Origin: Octopus sinensis
Lineage: Eukaryota
Length of the DNA: 14,831 nt
NCBI RefSeq assembly: GCF_006345805.1
Contig: NW_021825717.1
Coordinates: 1 to 14,831, forward strand
Reading direction: 5' to 3'
Shown piece by piece: positions 1 through 9,347 of this stretch (the first letter of the stretch is position 1; each line of letters begins with the position of its first letter). The notes below the pieces were generated by a model. The model was given only the letters and a program-made list of their open reading frames with translations, was not told the DNA's origin and made no database searches. The position numbers were made by a program, and so were the translations under genes.

Positions 1-380
1 ACTGCCTCTCTCTCACTCTCTCTCCCTCACTCTCTCTTTTTCATTCTCTCTTTCACTCTCTCTCTCACTCTCTCTCTCTCACTCACTCTCTCTCTCTCAC
101 TCTCACTCTCTTTCTCATTCTCTCTTTCACTCTCTCTCTCTCACTCACTCTCTCTCTCTCACTCACTCTCTCTCTCCCTCTCTTTCTCTCACACATACAC
201 GAGCACTAGCTACTCTCTCTCTTTCTCACTCACTCTCTCTCTCTCACTCTCCTCTCTCACTCTCTCTCATTCTCTCTCTCACTCTCTCTCACTCTCTCTC
301 ACTCTCGCTCACTCTCTCTCATTCTCTCTCTCGCTCTCTCACTCTCTCTCTCTCCCTCTCTTTCTCTCACACATACACAA
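1..380. repeat. Degenerate (CT)n/(CACT)n polypyrimidine microsatellite
   Basis: Almost pure C/T with interspersed CA; the block ctctctctccctctctttctctcacacatacac occurs twice (~168-200 and ~346-378). Confidence 0.95.
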
Positions 381-1031
381 ACACTATCTACGCTACCAGT
401 TCTAGTTGCTAGAAAGGAGCTGAGGCTCTTTTGCTTCACATAGAAAGCAGACATTTCACTGGTCAGAAGCAGCACCGTCTAAGGCATGAACACATAAAGC
501 ACTTGCCCGATGACCTCACGGATCTATGGAGTTCAATTCTGATCTACGTATGCTGTGACTCATTGGTCTAGGGCCCCAGTTTCATGTATGCTGTGGCTTA
601 CTATCAATAGCAAGACGATATAGGGCCCGGTGCATTGATTTAACCAAGTACTTCACAGGTTTAGGGACCTAGTTTTGATTTATGTATGCCAAAGCTTGTT
701 ATAAATGGATAAGTATTACGGGGTCCTATAATGCTGCTGAGGCCCTCTGGTCAGAAGCTCAATCCAGTGATGACCACCTCTGCGCCGAAGATCCAGCAGT
801 TCTTAGTTGCTATCATTACGGTCGGTGTGGTCGGTGTGGTCGGTGTCTGCCAGATCTTGCGACTGGTTCCTCTCGTGTCACAGTTTTAATGAAGGACGGC
901 AATGAGATGATGACGACGCAAGCTTAGATTTACTTCTGGGTGACACAAGCTATAATGATATTGGCGGTGTTGGTCATTGCTGGAACGCCACTGTGTATTA
1001 AGTGTGGTCGGGGTTGATTTGGGATTAGACG

Positions 1032-1720
1032 ATGGTGACGATGACGACAGCCATAACAACAACAACAGCAACATTAACGAAAAGACAAACAGAACAAATA
1101 TCCTCAATCTACAGAATAAGGTATTTATTCCTGATAGCTAAAAAAAACATGTTGTTGTTGTTTTTGTTGGCGACGGTGGTGTTGGTGGTGGTGGTGGTGG
1201 TGGTGGTGGTGATCAATATCATCATCATCATCATGGTTATTATTATGATGATGATGATTATCGTTAAGATCACGATTATCATCGTGATCATCATCATCAT
1301 CGTCACCAATGAGTTCATGATAAATATCATGATCTTCCTCCTCCTCCTCCTCCTCCTTATCATCATCGTCGTCGTAATCCTCATGGTAATAATCATGATG
1401 ATATATTGGATGATGATGATGATAGCAATCAAAACAACAACCTTAATAATAATAATAATAATAGTAGTAGTAGTAGTAGTAGTAGTAATAAGAAGAAGAA
1501 TAATAGTAGTAGTAATAATAATAGTAATAGTAATAATAGTAATAATAGTAATAATAATAAGAATAATAATAGTAGTAGTAGTAATAATATAATAATAATT
1601 ATAATAATAATAATTGTAGTAGTAATAATGATAATAATAATAAAAGTAATAATAATAATAATAATAGTAGTACTAGTAGTAGTAGTAATAATAAGAATAA
1701 TAATAGTAGTAATAATAATA

Positions 1721-1784
<64 letters not shown>

Positions 1785-2062
1785 TAGTAGTAGTAATAAT
1801 AATAATAGTAGTAGTAATAATAATAATAATAATAGTAATAATAGTAATAATAATAATAATAATAGAAGTAATAATAATAGTAATAATAATAAGAATAATA
1901 ATAATGATGATAATAATAGCAACAACAGCAATACAAATTATTTTTAAAAGACCAAGAAGAATAAGAGCAACAGCATCAACAACGAGCATGACAACAACAA
2001 CAACAACAATAATAATAATAATACAATAATAATAATAATATAATAATAATGGTGATGATGAT
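1032..2062. repeat. Composite trinucleotide microsatellite (AAC, GTT, TGG, ATC/GAT, TCC, AAT, AGT blocks)
   Basis: Successive triplet runs dominated by (AAT)n/(AGT)n; explains the I/V/L/N/Y homopolymer ORFs 1032-2112. Confidence 0.95.
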
Positions 2063-2521
2063 GAACAAAAAAAGGAAAAAAAGCAAAGACCAAATGGAAA
2101 ACAATCAAACAAGTCATCACCATGTGAAAATGTAATTTAATTTATTAAATCGTGTGATGTTAATGTTTATAAAAAAAAATACTATCAAATCAAAATATTG
2201 TGTAAACAGAGTTAATGAAGAATCTTAATAGATAGGCTTTCTCTTCTTAGTGGGGGTTTTTGTGCATTTTTTTTCTTCTCGTATTTTGGGATAATTTTTG
2301 TTTTTAGTGGGGGGGGGGGTTTTTGTTGTTTTTTTCATTGCTAATTTCCAACATTTCCTCAGGAAAATATTTGTTGTTCATAAAAATGTTCAAATGTTCT
2401 TATATGAATACCATTTACGTTTTACGTTTGTATGTGTTTGTGTGAGTGTTGCGTACGTTTGTCTTTTTGCATGTGTGTGTCTGTGTCTGTGTTCAAGAAC
2501 ACATGTATATATTATATGTGT

Positions 2522-3090
2522 GTGTGTGTGTGTCTAGTCTGTGTTTGAATATGCAGAAACATGTATACATAAATACATATTTTATATGTGTATGCGTATA
2601 CATGTGTATACATAAATACATATTTTATATGTGTGTATATATATATATGTATCGATGAGTATTCACATATCTGTACTAATTTGATAAATTATAATAGTAT
2701 ATGTATATATATATGTGTGTGTGTCTAGTCTGTGTTTGAATATGCAGAAACATGTATACATAAATACATATTTTATATGTGTATGCGTATACATGTGTAT
2801 ACATAAATACATATTTTATATGTGTGTATATATATATGTATCGATGAGTATTCACATATCTGTACTAATTTGATAAATTATAATAGTATATGTATATATA
2901 TATGTGTGTGTGTCTAGTCTGTGTTTGAATATGCAGAAACATGTATACATAAATACATATTTTATATGTGTATGCGTATACATGTGTATACATAAATACA
3001 TATTTTATATGTGTGTATATATATATGTATCGATGAGTATTCACATATCTGTACTAATTTGATAAATTATAATAGTATATGTATATATAT
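2522..3090. repeat. Three near-identical tandem copies of a ~190-bp AT-rich unit
   Basis: Anchor ctagtc at 2534, 2725, 2914; anchor atcgat at 2651, 2840, 3029; each unit has an internal duplication gtatacataaatacatattttatatgtgt with 43-bp spacing (2563, 2606). Confidence 0.93.
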
Positions 3091-3261
3091 GTATATATGC
3101 ACAAATAAGCATGTGTGTGCGTGTTCGCGTGTGTTGATATGTATGCAATTATGTGTGAATCTGTATGAGTGCATTTTTGCGCATCACCTGTATGATTACG
3201 TGAGTACACACACACACTCACACACACACACACACACCACACACATATACATATATTCATA

Positions 3262-3375
3262 TTTATATATATAATGAAAATGTCTAATATATATATATTT
3301 TTTTATTTATATAATGAAAATGTCTAATATATATATATTTTTTTATTTATATAATGAAAATGTCTAATATATATA
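3262..3375. repeat. 40-bp AT-rich minisatellite, ~3 copies
   Basis: ataatgaaaatgtctaatat at 3271, 3311, 3351; diverged copy taatgtgaaatgtctaacatata at 3582. Confidence 0.9.
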
Positions 3376-3380
3376 CATAT

Positions 3381-3532
3381 TTGTTTCTTTTCTGTGTATC
3401 TTTCTGTCGAAGAGCGTAGGCTCGAAATGTAAAAGACTTGTTCTATTTCTATTCCTGAGCGCTATACTAATACATTTGTTTGTTTGTACTCCACCTGCCT
3501 TCGTATTTTGTTTATTTTCGTAAACCTTCCCG
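3381..3532 (+). mobile_element. Probable Penelope-like element terminal (pseudo-LTR) fragment with hammerhead-like motif
   Basis: tcttt-ctgtcga-a-gagc gtag gctc-gaaa-tg-ta-aaaga (3399-3436) has type I hammerhead topology; T-rich flanks end in (TA)n. Family assignment is inference from the known PLE-hammerhead association. Confidence 0.45.
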
Positions 3533-3575
<43 letters not shown>

Positions 3576-3614
3576 TTATATTAATGTGAAATGTCTAACA
3601 TATATAGCATATAT

Positions 3615-3735
3615 GCTGAGAGGACTGCAGCAACTTGAAATAAATTGCCTTGCTCAAGAACCAACGCGTTGCCGAGAATCGATCTCAAACCTTCCAATCG
3701 TGAGTCGAATACCCTAACCACTAAGCCACGCACCT
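3615..3735 (-). mobile_element. tRNA-derived SINE 5' portion (family A-like)
   Basis: Minus strand aggtgcgTGGCTTAGTGGttagggtattcgactc...gagatcgattctc...ttcttgagcaaggcaatttatttca; A-box plus degenerate B-box; body matches 10446-10558. Confidence 0.75.
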
Positions 3736-3755
3736 ATACACACACACACACACAC

Positions 3756-3799
<44 letters not shown>

Positions 3800-3807
3800 A
3801 TATTATA

Positions 3808-3865
<58 letters not shown>

Positions 3866-3866
3866 T
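3736..3866. repeat. (CA)n/(TA)n microsatellite
   Basis: Direct inspection. Confidence 0.95.
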
Positions 3867-4274
3867 ACAGGCGCATATTGATTAGAGAATGATGAGCTTT
3901 GCTTCCACGCTTTCCCCCCTACCATACATCTGTTCTTCAGTCGGAATATATGTAGATCGATGAAATCCAGAAGAGCGCGATTTCTGGAGACGAAAGATCC
4001 AGAGAAAGATATATGTATTTCAGGCAAGATCAGGATAAGAGAAATATATATCCAATGTGTGTGTGTGTGTGTGTGTTGTGTGTGTAGGATTTTATGTAAG
4101 GATGTATGTGTGTATGTGTGCGTATCTGAGACGCTAAAACGGCTCATTGATAAAGATGTATTGGATTTCCAGATCATAAATGCCATGTTTCGTATTCGCT
4201 CCAAGAGTTTGGTTTCCATTATATCTGTGTGCAGATCGGCGATTAATTTCTATTCTACGTGCTTTGGTTGATTG

Positions 4275-4286
4275 AGTAGTAGCAGC

Positions 4287-4326
<40 letters not shown>

Positions 4327-4700
4327 ATGGTGATGGGAGTCGTGGTGGTTGTGATGGTAGTTATAGTGGCGGTGGTGGTGGTAGTAGTAGTAGTGGTAGT
4401 GGTAGTAGTGGTGGTGGTAGTGGTAGTAGTAGTAGTAGCAGTAGTAGTAGTAGTAGTAGTAGTAATGGTGATGGTAGTCGTGGTGGTTGTGATGGTAGTT
4501 ATAGTGGCGGTGGTGGTGGTAGTGGTAGTAGTAGTAGTAATAGTGGTAGTAGTAGTAGTAGTGGTGGTGATGGGAGTCGTGGTGGTTGTGATGGTAGTTA
4601 TAGTGGTGGTGTCGGTGGTTATGATGATGGTGGTGGTAGTAGTAGTAGTTGTAGTAGTAGTAGTTGTAGTGGTGGTGGTGGTGGTGGAAGTAGTAGTCTG
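4275..4700. repeat. Composite (GTA/GTG) minisatellite with three copies of a ggtgatgggagtcgtggtggttgtgatggtagttatagtgg module
   Basis: Module at ~4329, ~4467, ~4566 separated by AGT/GGT runs; source of the poly-S/G, poly-V and poly-Y/H ORFs. Confidence 0.92.
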
Positions 4701-4905
4701 TTGTAAACCAGAGTTTGTAACACCACAGGAAAAGAACTTCCGGCTGATCCATGGGCGCCTTGTTTACGACATAATGTTACGGAATGAAATAATGGCTCGG
4801 TTTCCGGTTTAAATAAATCGTCTGAAATTCTAACGATCAATCGTTGTTATAATTTGTAAAAGTGTAAAATCGATGGTTTAATCCGGATTGGATCGAATTG
4901 GATTG

Positions 4906-5038
4906 GAGCGCTAGAATTGGTAGATAGTCGAAGAAAATGCTTTGCTGGTGTTTTATTATGTCATTCTAAGTTCCGGTTTCGAACCCCGTCGGGGTCAACT
5001 TTTCCATTGTTGTTTGTGGGGTCGATAAAATTAAATAC
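4906..5038 (+). mobile_element. Degenerate copy of SINE family C
   Basis: aaaatgctttgctggtgttt...ggggtcaactttt...ggggtcgataaaattaaatac aligns loosely with the reverse complement of 7767-7997. Confidence 0.55.
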
Positions 5039-5064
5039 ACACACTCACACCTATGTAGAGAGTG

Positions 5065-5097
<33 letters not shown>

Positions 5098-5098
<1 letters not shown>

Positions 5099-5351
5099 GA
5101 GGCGCAATGGCCCAGTGGTTAGGGCACGGACTCGCGGTTGTGGGATCGCGGTTTCGATTCCCAGACCAGGCGTTGTGAGTGTTTATTGAGCGAAAACACC
5201 TAAAGCTCCACGAGGCTCCGGCAGAGAGTGGTGTCGATCCCTGCTGTACTCTTTCGCCACAACTTTCTCTTGGCCTACTCGCTTAGCCAGCGAAGTGGCG
5301 TCATTTGAAAGCTAAAACATCTGATAGCCTGGTCGGTCATGGTGATGATGA
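5098..5351 (+). mobile_element. tRNA-derived SINE family B, copy 1 (internally deleted)
   Basis: ggaggcgcaaTGGCCCAGTGG (A-box), ggtttcgattccc (B-box); collinear with 10626-10937 apart from two deletions; flanked by (TG)n and (TA)n. Confidence 0.9.
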
Positions 5352-5358
5352 TATATAG

Positions 5359-5390
<32 letters not shown>

Positions 5391-5405
5391 CTATATATAT
5401 ATATA

Positions 5406-5652
5406 TTGGGTAGGTGCATAATTATTGCGGGGTTTTTTTCCACAAATTTTATTCAACAAAAACAATAACAACATGTAACAAAAACATCTTTAAATGATTA
5501 TTCCGGAGCATATTCACCATCTACTTCAATTACTGCTCCCCAATTGCTTGGCAGACGGTCAGATCGTCATTTAAAGATTTCTTTGTTAAATATTATTGTT
5601 TTTATTGAATAAAATTTGTTGAAAAAATGTCACAATAATTATGCACCAAATA
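5406..5652 (-). mobile_element. Mariner-derived MITE with ~90-bp inverted arms
   Basis: Arms 5406-5497 and 5567-5652 are imperfect reverse complements; TA precedes the left end; ttgggtaggtgcataattattgcgg resembles Hsmar1/MADE1-type TIRs; core 5566-5498 reads RSDRLPSNWGAVIEVDGEYAPE* (mariner C-terminus-like). Confidence 0.82.
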
Positions 5653-5682
5653 TATATCCTTCAGTGCGCGCACACACACCTT

Positions 5683-6204
5683 TCGACTTATTTTAGAACA
5701 TGGTTGAGTCCATAAAATAGGATTTGACTACACCTCCATTTAGAGCACAGTTTAAGCTATCTTTTCGTGGAAGTAGGTTATTTTCTTATAATCTCTGTTA
5801 ATTCTGTAACCCTTTAAAATGCAAGATAAGAAAGTTCATTTTCAGCACTTGATGCTTTGAGAACCAGACAAAAATTGCTGCAGCTCAGCTGGAATGTGTA
5901 ACCCAACCATCCATATTCACCAGATATTGCTCCTTCGGATTCCCACTTATTCCGGTCTCTACAGAGTAGTCTTAATGGTAAAAATTTCAATTCCTTGGAT
6001 GACGTAAGAAGATATCTTGATGAAATCTTTGCCATGAAACCACCTCAATTCTGGGAAGAGGGTATTTTCAAGTTAAAGGAAAGATGGAGACGCACTGTGC
6101 AACAAAACGGTTCATATTTGGTTGATTAAAAATGTAATGGCGAGTATTTATTGACCTTTTTCTTTCCTTTAAAAATCTGCACGAACTTTCCGGACAACCC
6201 AATA
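5683..6204 (+). mobile_element. Internally deleted mariner DNA transposon, left TIR missing
   Basis: Transposase remnant plus right TIR ...gcacgaactttccggacaacccaa followed by TA (6203-6204). Confidence 0.88.
5819..6129 (+). pseudogene. Mariner (DD34D-type) transposase pseudogene: N-terminal MQDKKVHFQHLML fused to the C-terminal 88 codons
   Basis: 5863-6129 reads TRQKLLQLSWNV*PNHPYSPDIAPSDSHLFRSLQSSLNGKNFNSLDDVRRYLDEIFAMKPPQFWEEGIFKLKERWRRTVQQNGSYLVD*; YSPDIAPSD at 5914-5940 is the mariner YSPDLAPxD motif; in-frame stop 5899-5901; frameshifting deletion near 5858-5862. Confidence 0.92.
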
Positions 6205-6628
6205 TATATTCATATGTAAGAACCATTTTGGCTGTTGACCAGTGTTATTTACTTTTTGGTTTTAAATTGTGTCTAGCCACCTTAATCATTTTGTGTGTGT
6301 GTGTGTTTATATTTAACATTATAATACATTTATACATAATACGTTCTTGTGCACCGGAAGACCATCGCTGTCAGCAAAGTGAAATTCTCATTTCTAGACA
6401 GTGTGAAAACGCATTGAACTGGACTATGAATGACGTCATCAGACTGTAGGTCATGTGATGTGTCGTTACGCTTCACTATCTTCGTCAGTGGAGTGGGTCA
6501 TTGATCGACTCGTTTAGTGACCTCTAAAGAGCAGTTCACAAATTGGAAAATAAAACAAATTGAATTAAATTAATATAAATTCTTTAAAATGAGAAAAAAG
6601 AAGGTTTTTTTCAATTTGTTCAGTGAAA

Positions 6629-7001
6629 TCTCTCTATATATAAACGGCAGTTTGTCTGTCTGCGTGTCTGTGTGTCTGTTAGGTTGTACCCTCACCCTGA
6701 CCACGGCTTTCAACCGATTCTGATGAAACTTGACACACACATAGCCCAATGTCATAATTCAAAACTAACGCAGCGAAAATTTTGAAAAGTTCCCCCAGTT
6801 CTGAAAAAAATCGATAAATCCGACATGGGGTCGAGAATCAGTAACACAAACCACAGACTGTCCAGGGAACGCAACTCGACCTTTTTAACTCTCAAAAAAA
6901 ATTTACCATCATTTTTTTCCCATTTTTTGGCTATAACTCTCTAAAAATGCTTTATAGTTATTTCCCTTACAAACCCGAGCAACGCCGGGCGATACTGCTA
7001 G
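6629..7001 (+). mobile_element. Non-autonomous Helitron, copy 1 (373 bp)
   Basis: 5' TC (tctctctatatataaa), 3' hairpin CCCG(A)GC-AAC-GC-CGGG at 6974-6989, 8-nt spacer, CTAG at 6998-7001; sits between A6628 and T7002 with no TSD; (ctgt)-like tract near the 5' end as in Lep1-like Helitrons. Confidence 0.88.
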
Positions 7002-7102
7002 TCATTTGATATTTTGATAATAAATAATTAGCACCATCTTGCCGAAGACATTCGCCATAATGTTTATCTCCGTCAAGGTGCACACCAAATATTAATTTTT
7101 AA

Positions 7103-7459
7103 GTGTGGCTGTGCGGTAAGAAGTTTACTTCCCAATCACATGATCTTAGGTTCAGTACCACTAAATGGCACCTCGGGCAAATGTCTTTTACAATAAACCC
7201 TGACCGACTAAACGCTTGTGAGTAGGTTTGGTAGAAAGAAACAGAAAAAAACCCCTTGAATAATGTATGTATGTGTGTCTTTGTGACTATTTTCCACCAC
7301 CCCTTAACAACCGGTATTGGTTTGTTTGCGTCCCCGTAACTTAACATTTCGGCAAAACAGATCGATAGAATAAGTTTCAGACTTCAAAAAAAAAACCTTC
7401 AATGTGATGCTCCAGTATGGCTGCAGTTTAATGACTGAAACAAGTAAAAAAAAAAAAAG
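7103..7459 (+). mobile_element. tRNA-derived SINE family D, near full length, diverged
   Basis: gtgtggctgtgcggtaag head, ggttcagtacc B-box-like, 3' atgactgaaacaagt plus A-tail; homologous to 11759-12075. Confidence 0.8.
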
Positions 7460-7543
7460 ACAATTCTTCGAGAGGCTGCAAAAAGAGGAGGGTAATGGAA
7501 ATTTTACAGATGAGGGGCGAAAAATATTGCCAAATCAATCAAG

Positions 7544-8129
7544 GTCGTAAACAAGGCGCCCATAGATCAGCCGGAAGTTCTTTTCCTGTGGTGTTACAAA
7601 CTCTGGTTTATAACAAACTACTACTTCCACCACCACCAGCACCACCACTACTACTACTACCACCACCGTCATCATCACAACCACCAACACCACCATTATA
7701 ACTACCATCACAACCGCCACGACTCCCATCACCATTACTACTACTACTACTATTACTACCACTACCTATTTCTTTATTACCCACAAGGGGCTAAACACAG
7801 AGGGGACAAACAAGGACAGACATAGGTATTAAGTCGATTACATCGACCCCAGTGCGTAACTGGTGCTTAATTTATCGACCCCGAAAGGATGAAGGGCAAA
7901 GTCGACCTCGGCGGAATTTGAACTCACAACGTAACGCAGACGAAATACCGCTAAGCATTTCGCCCGGCGGGCTAACGTTTCTGCCAGCTCGCCGCCTTAT
8001 TACTACCACTACCACCACCACCACCACTACTACTACCACCACCACCACCGCCACTATAACTACCATCACAACCACCACGACTCCCATCACCATCACCATT
8101 ACTACAACAACTACTACTACTACTACTAC
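7544..8129 (-). repeat. Inverted copy of 4275-4770 (interrupted by a SINE)
   Basis: 7544-7613 is the reverse complement of 4701-4770 at 68/70 identities; adjacent minisatellite modules also correspond. Confidence 0.92.
7767..7997 (-). mobile_element. Full-length SINE family C with 16-bp target-site duplication
   Basis: Minus strand aggcggcgagctggcagaaacgttagc...gagttcaaattccgccgaggtcgac...taataaagaaata; TSD TATTACTACCACTACC at 7751-7766 and 7998-8013. Confidence 0.9.
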
Positions 8130-8322
8130 GAATTGCATTGGATTGTAGTGGGCTGCCCATGTCCAGTTTACAGCAGGACGAGGGCCTCAGCATGTTCTCT
8201 CCACTAAAAAACGGCTTCAGACCATACTGGTTTGTTGAGCCTAATCTGCCACACTGGCTCGACATGGCTCAGCAGGGGGGTGCAGTTTTTTTGGGGTTTT
8301 TTGCACCTGTGCCCAGGAGTAG

Positions 8323-9347
8323 TTAAATCGATTACGTCAACCCCAGTGTTTCACTGGAACTTATTTTATCGACCCCGAAAGGATAAACGGCAAAGTCAGC
8401 CTCGACCGAATTTGAATTCAGAACCAATTAAGTCGATTATATTACCCACCCCCCACCCCCATAGTGTTCAACTATTATTTAGTTTATCGACCCCGGAAGG
8501 AAGAAAGGCAAAGTCAACCTCGGCGGAATTTGAACTCAGAACGTAGCGGCAGACGAAATACCTATTTCTTTACTACCCACAAGGGGCTAAACACAGAGTG
8601 GAAAACAAGGACAGACAAAACGGATTAAGTCGGTTATATCGACCCCAGTGAGTAACTGGTACTTATTTAATCGACCCCGAAAGGATGAAAGGCAAAGGCG
8701 ACCTCGGCGGAATTTGAACTCAGAACGTAGCGACAGGCGAAATGCCTATTTCTTTACTATCCACAAGGGGCTAAACACAGAGTGGAAAACAAGGACAGAC
8801 AAAACGGATTAAGTCGGTTATATCGACCCCAGTGAGTAACTGGTACTTATTTAATCGACCCCGAAAGGATGAAAGGCAAAGGCGACCTCGGCGGAATTTG
8901 AACTCAGAACGTAGCGACAGGCGAAATGCCTATTTCTTTACTACCCACAAGGGGCTAAACACAGAGTGGAAAACAAGGACAGACAAAACGGATTAAGTCG
9001 GTTATATCGACCCCAGTACATAACTATTACTTATTTAATCGACTCCGAAAGGATGAAAAGCAAAGTCAACCTCGGCGGAATTTGAACTCAGAACGTAACG
9101 GCAGACGAAATACCTGTTTCTTTACTACATACAAGGGGCTAAACACAGAGGGGACAAACAAGGACAGACATAGGTATTAAGCCGATTACATCGACCCCAG
9201 TGCGTAACTGATACTTAATTTATCGATCCCGAAAGGATGAAAGGTAAAGTCGACCTCGGCGGAATTTGAACTCAGAATGTAACGGCAGACGAAATACCGC
9301 TAAGCATTTCGTCCAGTGTACTAACGATTTTGCCAGCTTGTCGCCTT
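8323..9347 (-). mobile_element. Head-to-tail array of SINE family C (four units at 184-bp period plus two partial diverged units)
   Basis: Unit starts (cct[a/g]tttc) at 8561, 8745, 8929, 9113; only the last unit retains the 5' head (to 9347); partial cores at 8323-8424 and 8425-8560. Confidence 0.92.

Noticed and set aside
381-1031. Complex-sequence island with ORFs 682-927 and 886-1107 and short shared motifs (ctggtcagaagc at ~469 and ~747)
   Set aside because: No recognisable domain in the frames I read and no convincing splice pair; the shared motifs are too short and not collinear.
1221-1258. 14-bp (ATC)n/(GAT)n hairpin
   Set aside because: Expected by-product of adjacent opposite-orientation triplet runs.
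1032-2112. Long hydrophobic or poly-N/S ORFs resembling membrane or low-complexity proteins
   Set aside because: Direct translation of triplet microsatellites; open on both strands and in several frames.
5098-5170. tRNA gene candidates at A/B-box motifs (also 10446, 10626, 3735, 7103)
   Set aside because: No complete cloverleaf or acceptor stem; each continues into a shared SINE body.
7495-7615. INQGRKQGAHRSAGSSFPVVLQTL loosely resembles the LINE RT motif IxxGVKQGxxLSPxLF
   Set aside because: The SP/LF core is absent, no other RT motifs flank it, and the frame runs into microsatellite.
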